NCBI GenBank assembly: GCA_900770925.1
Contig: CAAGLY010000024.1
Location: 1,735-65,734, forward strand
Direction: 5' to 3'
DNA: 64,000 bases
Source of the DNA: Bacilli bacterium
Lineage (GTDB): Bacteria; Bacillota_I; Bacilli_A; RFN20; CAG-288
Shown here: positions 1 to 9,249 of the stretch, piece by piece
Layout of the letters: every line of letters begins with the position of its first letter
How positions within the stretch are numbered: position 1 is the first letter of the stretch
Position numbers and translations under genes: made by a program
The notes under the pieces: model-generated
What the model was told of the DNA's origin: nothing
The model's database searches: none
The model's input: the letters and a program-made list of their open reading frames with translations, nothing else

Positions 1-2059
1 AGGAGTAACGCTCTTTTTCACTAATCTGGTAATACTCTCCCTGTGCATAGAGGGAGGAGTAATGACAGTAATTGTTAAAGACGATACTGATTCCCTTTTC
101 TGTCTTAGAGACAATGTAGTTTTTTCCGGTTCCGAGGACTTCGCTTCCGGTCCGGCAGAGAAGGGCAACTGCATTCGCGCTTGCTTTCTTCCTTCCGTTA
201 TAGCTGTAGTATCCGTATACTCCCTGATAGGGGTTTGTCAAAGAGAGCAAGGGAAGAGAGGAATCACTTAGGGTAAAGAAGGTTATCGCATAGAGAGAAG
301 GATAGTTCCGAAGGAAGTTACGGGCGATATAGCTTGAACCATATAAGGTATCATAGAGAAGGTTGTTTCCCTTTGAAAAGCGCACGTTCTCAATAATCCT
401 ATGCGGATAAGCTAATCCTTTTTCATTCAGATAAGATATAAAATCCTTCAGAACATCTTTGTTCTGAAGCACCTCTTCTTTCTGATCAAAGCAGGCATAA
501 TTCACACTATAGAAATCATATTTTCCGCACTCTTCGGAAAGAAGCTTGCGGATAGCCTTGATTTCAATGTCGGAATAATCTCTTCTTGGGAAAGAGGGAG
601 CAATAACTTTATAGCCGTGACTCTTTGCAATCTTAAAGAACGCACCGCTTGTCTTCTTGAAGTGATAGAACTCCGAAGGGAGGAGGTCGAGAATATTGGT
701 TTCGCTCTCTAAGGAATAAATCCAGGTCTTCCTCTCCTCGCTTCCAAAGTAACTCTCTAGAATCTGGAATAAAGTGCCCACACCTTTTAAGAAAGCTTCC
801 TGGTTTTCCTGAGGACCGATGGAAAATCTCCTAACCGGTTTCCTCTTTAAGCTTAGAAGGAAGGATATTGCCTGGGCAATGGAAAAAAGGGCCTGGTTAT
901 CGAGCTTGAATCCGCCCTCTTTGCTCCGGTAAGGTGAACCGAAGAAGTCGGTTAGGATTCCGTAAGTGAAATGGGTTTTCTTCAGCCTATCGTTTAAGGC
1001 AGCCTTCCTATCTTCCCGTAACCTGTTATAGATATTTCCTATCGGAAGGAATAAAGACAAGGGATTTTGTTTAATATTTCCCTTATCTTTGTAATCGACA
1101 TCTAATACTAATTCTAAGTCACGTGCGCTCTCTTTGCTCTTACCATGGGTTTCGTTATACTCATCGTAATACTTGATAATCTGATTCAGGGTTTCCTTTC
1201 TCAGATAGGAGATATCCTGAGGGACGTTCTTGATTTCCTTTTTTCGGAAATCCTTCCGGTAATCGGAAGGATAGCTGCTGTACTTCTTCTTGAACGCACG
1301 GACATAGGAACGTGCGTTCTCGAATCCGTTTTCTGTCGCCACCTCTTCGATGGTCTTATCCGTGAACAGCAGAGAGTTCCTGGAGTTATTGATCTTCAGC
1401 TCATCGTAGTATTCGTTAAAGGTCTTTCCCTGGCATTTCTTGAACAGACGGGAAAGATAGGCGAGATTGTAATTGAAGTATTCAGATAGGAACTGCAAGG
1501 ATACGTTCTCCTTATAGTGGGAATGCAGGTAGGAGAGAATCTTCGAATTCAGTTTCCTCGAGTTAGCGGTAACCTCCTCTCCCGTGCTTTCCACACGGAA
1601 ATCGTTCCTTAGCTGAGCAAAGAGAGAGAAGATAATGGCACGGTTTGTGTATAAGGAGTTAATGTTATCCATCGTGTTGAACTTAATGATGGAATACCTG
1701 AGATAACGGATGGATTCATAACGTTTGTTACCGGGGTTTTGAATGGAGTTCAGGTTGAACTTCAGTCCGATAGCTTCCTCTTCGTCAAGCTCGAACCCGT
1801 ATTGGTTGATATTGGCAACCAGCCTTGTGCAGGGCTTCTTGGCAACAAAGGAGTTCGTCGTAAAGGGATTGATAATCAGCCTATCATTCATTTTCGCATG
1901 CCTTGTTTCGGTTCCTAAGGTAATATCGCAGCATCCGTCCCTGATAATAATCAGACGGATATTCGGATAGGCATCCGGGAAAATCTGGGTGAAACGACAT
2001 ACAGAAAAAGAAAGAGGGAGTTTTTCGCTTAGCTGAACGATAGTAAATTCGTTTTTCAT
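1..2059 (-). CDS. AraC-family transcriptional regulator (partial; the N-terminal ~686 aa fall in the window and the C-terminus runs off the window start). It has an N-terminal cupin-like region, an AraC HTH at aa ~150-250, and a ~430-aa uncharacterized C-terminal domain.
   Basis: Hand translation of the minus strand from ATG at 2059 gives MKNEFTIVQLSEKLPLSF...YLSRLFKKCQGKTFNEYYDELKINNSRNSLLFTDKTIEEVATENGFENARSYVRAFKKKYSSYPSDY, a typical AraC HTH pair, and the frame stays open to position 1. The ORF track omits it because it is edge-truncated. An AAGAGGA RBS lies upstream. Confidence 0.7.
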   Translation of the reverse strand, partial: MKNEFTIVQLSEKLPLSFSVCRFTQIFPDAYPNIRLIIIRDGCCDITLGTETRHAKMNDRLIINPFTTNSFVAKKPCTRLVANINQYGFELDEEEAIGLKFNLNSIQNPGNKRYESIRYLRYSIIKFNTMDNINSLYTNRAIIFSLFAQLRNDFRVESTGEEVTANSRKLNSKILSYLHSHYKENVSLQFLSEYFNYNLAYLSRLFKKCQGKTFNEYYDELKINNSRNSLLFTDKTIEEVATENGFENARSYVRAFKKKYSSYPSDYRKDFRKKEIKNVPQDISYLRKETLNQIIKYYDEYNETHGKSKESARDLELVLDVDYKDKGNIKQNPLSLFLPIGNIYNRLREDRKAALNDRLKKTHFTYGILTDFFGSPYRSKEGGFKLDNQALFSIAQAISFLLSLKRKPVRRFSIGPQENQEAFLKGVGTLFQILESYFGSEERKTWIYSLESETNILDLLPSEFYHFKKTSGAFFKIAKSHGYKVIAPSFPRRDYSDIEIKAIRKLLSEECGKYDFYSVNYACFDQKEEVLQNKDVLKDFISYLNEKGLAYPHRIIENVRFSKGNNLLYDTLYGSSYIARNFLRNYPSLYAITFFTLSDSSLPLLSLTNPYQGVYGYYSYNGRKKASANAVALLCRTGSEVLGTGKNYIVSKTEKGISIVFNNYCHYSSLYAQGEYYQISEKERYS

Positions 2060-2175
2060 TCGATTTATCCTCTTTTTATGCAGTTTTCTGCCTTTATCTG
2101 AAACAATTATACTATCTATTTATTAGATTAGGGAAATTTAGTGCAAAAATATGACCTCCATTTCATGTATACAAG

Positions 2176-2209
2176 CAAGTGCCTCTAAATAATAAGTCAA
2201 ATAATGGCA
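2176..2209. promoter_or_regulatory. Inverted repeat AGTGCC-N22-GGCACT enclosing the direct repeat AAATAAT-N5-AAATAAT in the divergent AraC/ABC intergenic region; candidate operator.
   Basis: Sequence aagtgcctctaaataataagtcaaataatggcact lies between the divergently transcribed regulator and transporter genes. Confidence 0.25.
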
Positions 2210-2285
2210 CTCTTAATGACAAAACAGAAGATTTGAAAGCACTTCCATCAAAGGTAAACTTTATATGATAAAGGAGATAGCATAC

Positions 2286-4361
2286 ATGGCAGAACCTATA
2301 TTTAAGGCTTCGCATATTGTGAAGCAGTTCGGACCGACAATTGCCCTCAACGATGTCTCTATCGAAATCTATCCTGGAGAGATCCGCGGCTTTATCGGTG
2401 AGAATGGTTCCGGAAAATCCACGATGTCTGCAATCAGGACTGGTATTTACCAGGCAACCAGCGGACAGAGGGAATATCACGGAAAACCTTGGAAGCCAAA
2501 GTCGATGATTGAGGCTCTTCGAGGAGGCATCGGCATTATTGTTCAGGAAAACGGAACAATTGCTGAAGTTTCAGTTGCTGAGAACATCTTTTTGGGAGAG
2601 CTGAAGAACTTCTCAGGAAATCATTATTTCGAAGATGAGAAGGTTGAGAATTTCTCTCCTGCTTTTTCTGTTTCTCTTAATGAATTTGATGCTTTAGCTA
2701 AGGATCTTGTTTCTAAGAGCCTTGCTGCTTTGGATTCCGGAAACAAAGCAGAATACAAGAAAACAGTCCAGGAAGCAAAGAAGGGGGCCCTTCATGCTTC
2801 TTATGCTTCTCTTGCTCAGCAGCAGAAGGAAGAAGCTAAGGACAAGCACGAGAGCATTGCCAAAGAGTTCAATAGTACTTCTGAATCCTTATTTAACACT
2901 TATGTTGAGAAGGAAAAGGGAATTGATGCAAAGTACGACAAGAACGAAGAGAATCTCGATGCTGAACTAAGCAAACGTCGTCGTGAACATGAACATCATC
3001 TGAATGAAAAAGACTACGAGAGACAGATTAATAATCTGAAGAAGACCACCTATATCCGCAAAACTTGGATTAAGAGCGATGAGGTTTCTCTCAAGAATCA
3101 CTATCTCAATGCAGTTAATGAAATCGTCAATCCGAAACATAAAGAAAACAAAGTCCGTAGTTTCTTCCTTAACGCAATCTTCGGATTATTCGTTAATGGA
3201 AAGAAACTTCGCAAGCATGCAAAACTTGCTCTCTCCCATATCGGTGTCAATGATATCAATCCAGGAAGGATTACCGCTGCTTATGATAGGCAGCAACGTA
3301 AACTGATTGAAATCGCTAAGTGTCTCAACAAGAATCCGGAAATCTTCATCGTTGATGAAACCACAACCGCTCTTAGCGAGACTGGACGTATCCTTCTTTA
3401 TAAGAAGAGGGAAGAGCTGAAGAGCCAAGGAAAATCGGTTCTCTTTATCTCCCACGATTTGGATGAACTCAGGGAAAAATGCGATACCCTTACCGTTCTC
3501 CGTGATGGAAACATCGTTGCCAATCTTACCAAGAGCAAGAACGAATTTGATCCTGATGCCATTAAGAAGTATAGGATCGGACGTGAGCTCAAAGGTGATT
3601 ACTACCGTTCCGATTATGATGGCACTTTATCTGACCAGGTTGTTCTCAAGATGGTCGATGGTATCGAAGGCAACCAGCTCCGCCACGTCAATCTTGAACT
3701 TCACAAAGGTGAAATTCTGGGTATTGGCGGCCTCTCAGAATGCGGAAGGCATACCCTTGGAAAAGCTCTCTTTGGAAATATCAAGAGGGAAGGCGGCTAT
3801 GTCTATGTCGGTGAGAACTTAGATAAGCTTGTGAAGAGCGAATCCTTCGCAAGGAAAGAAAAAATCGGTTACCTTTCTAAGAACCGTGATACGGAAGCAT
3901 TAGCACTGAAATCTTCTATATTCGACAACATTGCAATTGCTTCTATCAATAATATTGCAAAAGCCAATCTGCTTGTCTTCAAACGAGATGAAAAGAAGCT
4001 CGTCCATGAACAGGCAAAAGCACTTCAGATTAAGTGCAACTCTACGGAACAGCTTGTTTCTACCCTCTCTGGCGGAAACAAACAGAAGGTTTCCTTAGCA
4101 AAGTGGATTGCTAACGATTCTGAAATCCTTATCCTTGACTGCCCGACCCGTGGTGTCGATATCGGCGTCAAGCAGTTCATCTACCAGCTCCTCTACAAGA
4201 GGAAGAAGGAAGGCAAGTCGATTATCAGGATTTCCGAAGAGCTCCCTGAGCTTATCGGAAGGGCTGATCGTATCCTAATCAGGAAAGACGGACAGATTTC
4301 AAAAGAATTCGATCGTAGCAACACCCTGACTCAGGAACAGATTGTCCAATACAGGATCTAA
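2286..4361 (+). CDS. Sugar ABC transporter ATP-binding protein with two NBDs (CUT2 family, RbsA/MglA/XylG-like). NBD1 carries a ~250-aa Lys/Glu/Ala-rich insertion.
   Basis: Walker A GENGSGKST and signature LSGGNKQKV are present. A second NBD begins around aa 470. The insertion AFSVSLNEFDALAKDL...NEIVNPKHKENK sits between Walker A and the signature of NBD1. The probable start is ATG 2286 after AAGGAG; the ORF-track start 2265 is in frame upstream. Confidence 0.8.
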   Translation: MAEPIFKASHIVKQFGPTIALNDVSIEIYPGEIRGFIGENGSGKSTMSAIRTGIYQATSGQREYHGKPWKPKSMIEALRGGIGIIVQENGTIAEVSVAENIFLGELKNFSGNHYFEDEKVENFSPAFSVSLNEFDALAKDLVSKSLAALDSGNKAEYKKTVQEAKKGALHASYASLAQQQKEEAKDKHESIAKEFNSTSESLFNTYVEKEKGIDAKYDKNEENLDAELSKRRREHEHHLNEKDYERQINNLKKTTYIRKTWIKSDEVSLKNHYLNAVNEIVNPKHKENKVRSFFLNAIFGLFVNGKKLRKHAKLALSHIGVNDINPGRITAAYDRQQRKLIEIAKCLNKNPEIFIVDETTTALSETGRILLYKKREELKSQGKSVLFISHDLDELREKCDTLTVLRDGNIVANLTKSKNEFDPDAIKKYRIGRELKGDYYRSDYDGTLSDQVVLKMVDGIEGNQLRHVNLELHKGEILGIGGLSECGRHTLGKALFGNIKREGGYVYVGENLDKLVKSESFARKEKIGYLSKNRDTEALALKSSIFDNIAIASINNIAKANLLVFKRDEKKLVHEQAKALQIKCNSTEQLVSTLSGGNKQKVSLAKWIANDSEILILDCPTRGVDIGVKQFIYQLLYKRKKEGKSIIRISEELPELIGRADRILIRKDGQISKEFDRSNTLTQEQIVQYRI

Positions 4362-4372
4362 GGAGGCGGAAA

Positions 4373-5878
4373 ATGTCAATCGAAATCACATTACAAGCCG
4401 GCGAAAAAGAAGCTCCCTTTGTCTACTTCGAACAGACCATCCTTGATCAGGCTAAGGCTGTTGATGCTTCGGATAAGAAGGCTGTTGAAAGCTTTAAAAA
4501 AGAGCTGATTGGAATTCGGAAAGCAAAAGATCAGCAATTAAAGACGGCTATCAAGACTGACCTTATTCATCTCAAGGAAAAACAAACTGCATTACTTGCT
4601 TCTTTTATCTCCGAAAGAGATGAGGCATTAGCAAAGGCAGCGGATGACTTTGCTAAGATCAGCAACCCCACCAAGAAGGATAAACAAGACTATTCCGATA
4701 TCGAAAAAGGTATTGAAATCTCCGCAAAACGCTCTGCTGCTAAGGCAAAGAGCGAATACGTGAAAAACATCCAGCTGATTAAGAGGAAACGGAGTGAGCT
4801 CTATGCTGAGTATCTTCGGGTCCTCGCTATCAGGGACGTTAAGGAAAGCGCTGCTGACCGTCTCAACGAACGTTATCTTGAAGCCTACGGAAGGTTCAAT
4901 CTGAAAGCAAGCCTTTCTAATAAAAAGTTCTGGATTGATAAGGTTCCGCTCTTCATGCTTATCATCATCATTGCTGCCTACTACATCGGAAAGACGATTA
5001 CTGGATATTCTGGAAGCCTTGGTGATGTTATCAACAATGGTATCTTCGTTGCTGTTGTCGCTACCGGTGCTGTCTTCATTTATTCACAAGGCGGCTTCGA
5101 TATGTCCTTAGGAAACGCATCCCTTAGGTGCGCCGTCATCGCTGCCATTCTCTATAACGCAACAAATAACAGGGTCGTTTCGTTGCTTGTCGCTATTGTC
5201 TTAGGTGCTGCTCTTGGTATTGTTAACGCAATCTTAGCTACTAGGCTCAACCTTCCAGTTATGGTTATGACCTTAACTAGGAGGAACATCTTAGCTGCTA
5301 TCTCCGATGCTATCTTTGAAAGCTATGGCGGTCTTATCACTGTCAACCCTGGAAGGTTCACGAACGCTTGGGTCTATGCTTCCTTCCTTGTTATCTTCTT
5401 TATTCTTTGCTGGTTCATCTTCAATTACACTAAAGTCGGCCGTCGGGCCAAATTCATTGGCTCTAACAAGAAAGCTGCGAAGTTCAATGGTATCAACTTA
5501 AGGAAATCCGGTAGGATCTCCTTCGCACTGTCTGGCATTGGACTTGGTATCTGCGGTTTCCTCTTCGCCTGCTCTAAGACTGGCAACCAATTTGGCGCTT
5601 CGACTGTCTTAAGCCAGGTCGGTCTCAATGTCATCATTGCTATCGTCTTCGGCGGAAGGACAACTAGTGGCGGACCGAAGTCAAAAGTCAGCTGTGCAAT
5701 CATCGGTGCTTTCTTCTCCGTTTTCCTTGATGAATTCTTTGCTGCCATCTCTACACCTACTTTCCAAGTCGGTGACTACTGCTACAGGTTCAAGGGTCTT
5801 ATCTTCTTAATTGTCTCTCTTGCCAACAGGTGGGATACCCGTGGAAAGATGCTCGCTTCTGGAGGAAGTATCCAATAA
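4373..5878 (+). CDS. ABC transporter permease (RbsC/MglC-like) with a ~190-aa N-terminal cytoplasmic coiled-coil extension.
   Basis: A GGAGG RBS is present. The N-terminus is K/E/A-rich (KKELIGIRKAKDQQLKTAIKTDL...), then multiple TM helices follow from KVPLFMLIIIIAAYYIG. Its stop overlaps the next start (TAATG). Confidence 0.7.
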   Translation: MSIEITLQAGEKEAPFVYFEQTILDQAKAVDASDKKAVESFKKELIGIRKAKDQQLKTAIKTDLIHLKEKQTALLASFISERDEALAKAADDFAKISNPTKKDKQDYSDIEKGIEISAKRSAAKAKSEYVKNIQLIKRKRSELYAEYLRVLAIRDVKESAADRLNERYLEAYGRFNLKASLSNKKFWIDKVPLFMLIIIIAAYYIGKTITGYSGSLGDVINNGIFVAVVATGAVFIYSQGGFDMSLGNASLRCAVIAAILYNATNNRVVSLLVAIVLGAALGIVNAILATRLNLPVMVMTLTRRNILAAISDAIFESYGGLITVNPGRFTNAWVYASFLVIFFILCWFIFNYTKVGRRAKFIGSNKKAAKFNGINLRKSGRISFALSGIGLGICGFLFACSKTGNQFGASTVLSQVGLNVIIAIVFGGRTTSGGPKSKVSCAIIGAFFSVFLDEFFAAISTPTFQVGDYCYRFKGLIFLIVSLANRWDTRGKMLASGGSIQ

Positions 5879-6996
5879 TGAAATATACAAAGCCAGTTCA
5901 ATATTCCTCTTCTCCGTTCTTCGCAAACCAGAAACTCAAAAGGACAGGCAAGAAACTCTTCTGGTCCTTGTTCTGCCCCGTTGTCAGGATTCTGATTGCT
6001 GTTCTGCTATCGAATCTTAGTGACACCGGATTATTCTTCATCGGTTCCACGATGGATAACGTCTCGAACAGGAGGATCAGGCTTAAGACGATTACAAGGA
6101 CACTGATTGCTGCCCTTGCTCTTAACACAAACCTCAACTCCGGACGTATGGACTTCTCTCTTGGTGCTACCGGCATTCTAGCTTGCCTCTTCGCTTCCCT
6201 CATTGTCCAGGTAGATACCATCAATCATATCTTCCTCTTCCTTCTTCTCTCCATTCTCTTTGGCAGGATTTTAGGCTTCATCCATTCCTTAGTTCTTATC
6301 TTTACGAAATTATCTCCAATCGTTGTTTCCTTAGGCAGGTGCTTAATCTATGAAGGTATCGCTAAGGTTGTCGCGAATGCTACTGGTTCTACCGGTACTG
6401 TCAACTTAGCTTCCGGTTCCTACACTGCTAGCTTCTTCCAGGAACCAATCATCCTGATTCCTCTTCTTGTCATTGTCTGCTTAATTAGGGCTGCCGCTCT
6501 CTGTTACACCCGTTATGGTTATAACAAGCTTGCTCTTGTCTACAATCAGAAAGTCTGTGTTGAGACTGGTATCAATGAAATCAGTCACTGCATCATTTCC
6601 TTCATCATTGCCGGTGCTCTCATCGCTGTCTACCAGGTCAGGAGCTCCTGCGGTACGGCAACCATTACGATTAACATCAACTTAGGTTCTTCTGGAACAG
6701 TCTTCAAGAACTTCTTACCAATCTTCATCGGCGGTATTCTCGCTAAGTACTCGAATCAGATTGTCGGTCTGCTTCTTGGCGTTGTCGGAACCACTCTTCT
6801 TTACACCTATGGATTCGATAATGCGACTGTCATTGGATTCACTTCTACTGTTTCTTCTCTCCTTAATGGTTTCTCTGTCTTCGCTGTCCTTGTTTACAGG
6901 GTCGACAAGAACCGCTTCCTCAACTGGATTAAGAGGAAGAAATACGTCTTCGAGGAGAAACGTCTTAATCCACAAAAGAAAGGAGAAAATGCCTAA
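5878..6996 (+). CDS. ABC transporter permease (second membrane component).
   Basis: ATG 5878 overlaps the upstream stop (TAATG) and is in frame with ORF 5830..6996. The protein is hydrophobic and polytopic. Confidence 0.65.
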   Translation: MKYTKPVQYSSSPFFANQKLKRTGKKLFWSLFCPVVRILIAVLLSNLSDTGLFFIGSTMDNVSNRRIRLKTITRTLIAALALNTNLNSGRMDFSLGATGILACLFASLIVQVDTINHIFLFLLLSILFGRILGFIHSLVLIFTKLSPIVVSLGRCLIYEGIAKVVANATGSTGTVNLASGSYTASFFQEPIILIPLLVIVCLIRAAALCYTRYGYNKLALVYNQKVCVETGINEISHCIISFIIAGALIAVYQVRSSCGTATITININLGSSGTVFKNFLPIFIGGILAKYSNQIVGLLLGVVGTTLLYTYGFDNATVIGFTSTVSSLLNGFSVFAVLVYRVDKNRFLNWIKRKKYVFEEKRLNPQKKGENA

Positions 6997-8477
6997 TGAA
7001 GAAAATCAAGGCTTTAATTCCTATCCTTGGCTTAAGCCTCCTTACTTCCTGCTCTTTGGAAGATAGGATGATCTTCGGCGGAAACAAAAATTCTGTTTCT
7101 CAGAATCAACCGACCAGCAAAGATCCTAACGATAGCAGCTCTACTTCCGATACTCCTAGCTCTGATGCAGACTTAGAAACCTTCGATGACTGCAAAAACT
7201 CTATCTTCTTCGCCCTCTACAACTATTACGGATTCGATGGCCAGCATTTCACCAACAAATGGCTTGGCAGGAACGATGCCCTTGCTGCCCACGGCTACAA
7301 AGTCACTGGTTATGAAGGTCAGAAGGATGCCCGTAAGTTCAAAATCGAACGTCAGGCAAATTCAGACCTTCCGGCAGATGCAAAAATAGTCAGGGTCAAC
7401 AATCAGAACTGGGATACGACAATTCAATACGCTAAGCCGTTTGCTAAGTATCATCCAAGGGCAGTCATTTCCACCTGTAATGGTGTCGAAATGGCATCTT
7501 CTAACATCAAATCCGTTCAGTTCAAAGTCTCTAATGCTACGATGGGCGGCTTCTCTCCTACTTATCGTTCTGCCTTCGTTGATGGCTCTCTCCGTTATCT
7601 TGTTGCAAAGTACACGGCTCACATCCTTCCTATTGTCGCTGCTTCCGTTAATGCTCTGGATAATGGCAAAGCAAGGAAGAACGCAGATGGAACTGCTCTG
7701 CGTTTATCTATCTCCCAGTGGGCCATCCAGACCTTAGAAGAATACGACCGCAGGAATGCAGTTGACTCTGTCTCGGAGGACCATCCGACTGTCCGTAAAA
7801 TCAATGTCGATAAATACTTCGACAAAACAAATCCGGACTATGGACCTGAGAAATTATCTGAGTTTGTTTCTTCCTCCACAAAGGAAAACATTGAGGCTCT
7901 CTATGCTGAGAACGAAAGCAATGGTGATGCGGATAAAGCTGCTTTCCGTAAAGGAAAGACGTACAAATGCGGCATCATTGCTCCTTCTAGCGTCAATGAA
8001 CAGGTACAGCTCTACATTGATTTCATCAAAGGTTATTTAGCTAAGGCCTATAACTTCGAAGTCCTTCCGGTCGGTTCTGTTACATCCAGCAATACCCAGA
8101 AACAGGTAGCCATCCAGCTTTGCAACCAAGGCGCTAACTTCGTTATCTCAGTACAGGATGATACGGAGCGAAATGCAGCTGCTCAGGTCTGTAATGAAAA
8201 AGGTGTCTACTTCGCTATTGCAGGCTCCTGCCAGAACGCTCTCGATTACGCGGTAATCAAGAATCTTCCTTACTATGTTGGTTCCATTGGAACCTCTCCG
8301 GAAGAAGAACGCCGTTCTGCAAAAGAGAGGACAGAATACTATCTTCAGTGCAGGATCAAGCGTGCTCAGAGCCAAGATGCCTTATACGAATACGAGAAAG
8401 AAGTCAAAGGACTGAATAAGACAAAAGAAGAGTCCCTTAGCTTCTACGTTCCATTCGATAAAGAAAGAGATATCTAG
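6996..8477 (+). CDS. Putative substrate-binding lipoprotein of the ABC importer.
   Basis: MKKIKALIPILGLSLLTSCS is a lipobox. An AAGGAG RBS is present, and the gene is translationally coupled to the permease (TAATG). Its family is not recognised with certainty. Confidence 0.5.
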   Translation: MKKIKALIPILGLSLLTSCSLEDRMIFGGNKNSVSQNQPTSKDPNDSSSTSDTPSSDADLETFDDCKNSIFFALYNYYGFDGQHFTNKWLGRNDALAAHGYKVTGYEGQKDARKFKIERQANSDLPADAKIVRVNNQNWDTTIQYAKPFAKYHPRAVISTCNGVEMASSNIKSVQFKVSNATMGGFSPTYRSAFVDGSLRYLVAKYTAHILPIVAASVNALDNGKARKNADGTALRLSISQWAIQTLEEYDRRNAVDSVSEDHPTVRKINVDKYFDKTNPDYGPEKLSEFVSSSTKENIEALYAENESNGDADKAAFRKGKTYKCGIIAPSSVNEQVQLYIDFIKGYLAKAYNFEVLPVGSVTSSNTQKQVAIQLCNQGANFVISVQDDTERNAAAQVCNEKGVYFAIAGSCQNALDYAVIKNLPYYVGSIGTSPEEERRSAKERTEYYLQCRIKRAQSQDALYEYEKEVKGLNKTKEESLSFYVPFDKERDI

Positions 8478-8478
8478 C

Positions 8479-9234
8479 ATGGCTTCCTTCACCTTTGAAT
8501 TCTACCCGAAATCACTGGCAAGACGGACTCAGTTCGATCTTGTCGTTCCTTCTCTCAATCTTCATGGTTCCTTAAACAATAAGGATGATAGGTACTATGA
8601 GAACTCTACAGAAACCTATCCTCTGATTCTCTGCTTATGCGGCTTCGGAGATAACGAGAAAGCCTTCCAACAGAACTCTTCTCTTATCTCTCTCTGCGAA
8701 GAAAACAAAGTCGCAGCATGCTTCATTAACGGCGAGAATAAATGGTATCTCAACCTTGGACAGATTGACAATTACTACGATTTGATTGAAAAAGACATCC
8801 TTGACTTCCTATACGGAAATTTCCGTTTCCTCTCCCGTAAGAAACCACTCATTATCATGGGTGTTTCAATGGGCGGATACGGAGCTCTCTACCACTATCT
8901 CAAGAATGTCGACAAGTATGCTGCTTGTGTTGCCTTATCCCCAGCTACGAAACCAGACTTCCTTGATGAAAGCAAGTTCGGAACCCTTCGTTCCCTCTGC
9001 TTAGCAAGCAAAGAAAAGAAAAAGAACGTCTATCTCTCCGTCGGAAAGAATGACTTCATCATCGGGGCTTCTAAAGACTTTGATCAGTTCCTTATCGATA
9101 ATGAAATCGGATTCTCGTATCGCTATTTAGAGAACAAAGACCATTCCTGGAAGACCTGGAGAGAAGAAATCTACAATGTCTTCGATTATCTGTCTGAAAA
9201 TGGATTCATCGGCAAAAAGCCGAAATCAAAATAA
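8479..9234 (+). CDS. Esterase (alpha/beta hydrolase, putative esterase / S-formylglutathione hydrolase-like family).
   Basis: GVSMGG is the GxSxG nucleophile motif. The size and layout are typical of putative esterases. Confidence 0.6.
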   Translation: MASFTFEFYPKSLARRTQFDLVVPSLNLHGSLNNKDDRYYENSTETYPLILCLCGFGDNEKAFQQNSSLISLCEENKVAACFINGENKWYLNLGQIDNYYDLIEKDILDFLYGNFRFLSRKKPLIIMGVSMGGYGALYHYLKNVDKYAACVALSPATKPDFLDESKFGTLRSLCLASKEKKKNVYLSVGKNDFIIGASKDFDQFLIDNEIGFSYRYLENKDHSWKTWREEIYNVFDYLSENGFIGKKPKSK

Positions 9235-9249
9235 AAAAGGAGAAAAAAT

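Noticed and set aside
1145-1970. Plus-strand ORFs 1145..1489 and 1743..1970 (and 62..271)
   Set aside because: They lie antisense within the long hand-translated AraC regulator frame. They have low-complexity, unbiased composition and are antisense artefacts.
2163-2480. Minus-strand 105-aa ORF overlapping the ABC ATPase start
   Set aside because: It overlaps a well-supported gene and its promoter region. There is no RBS or homology signal.
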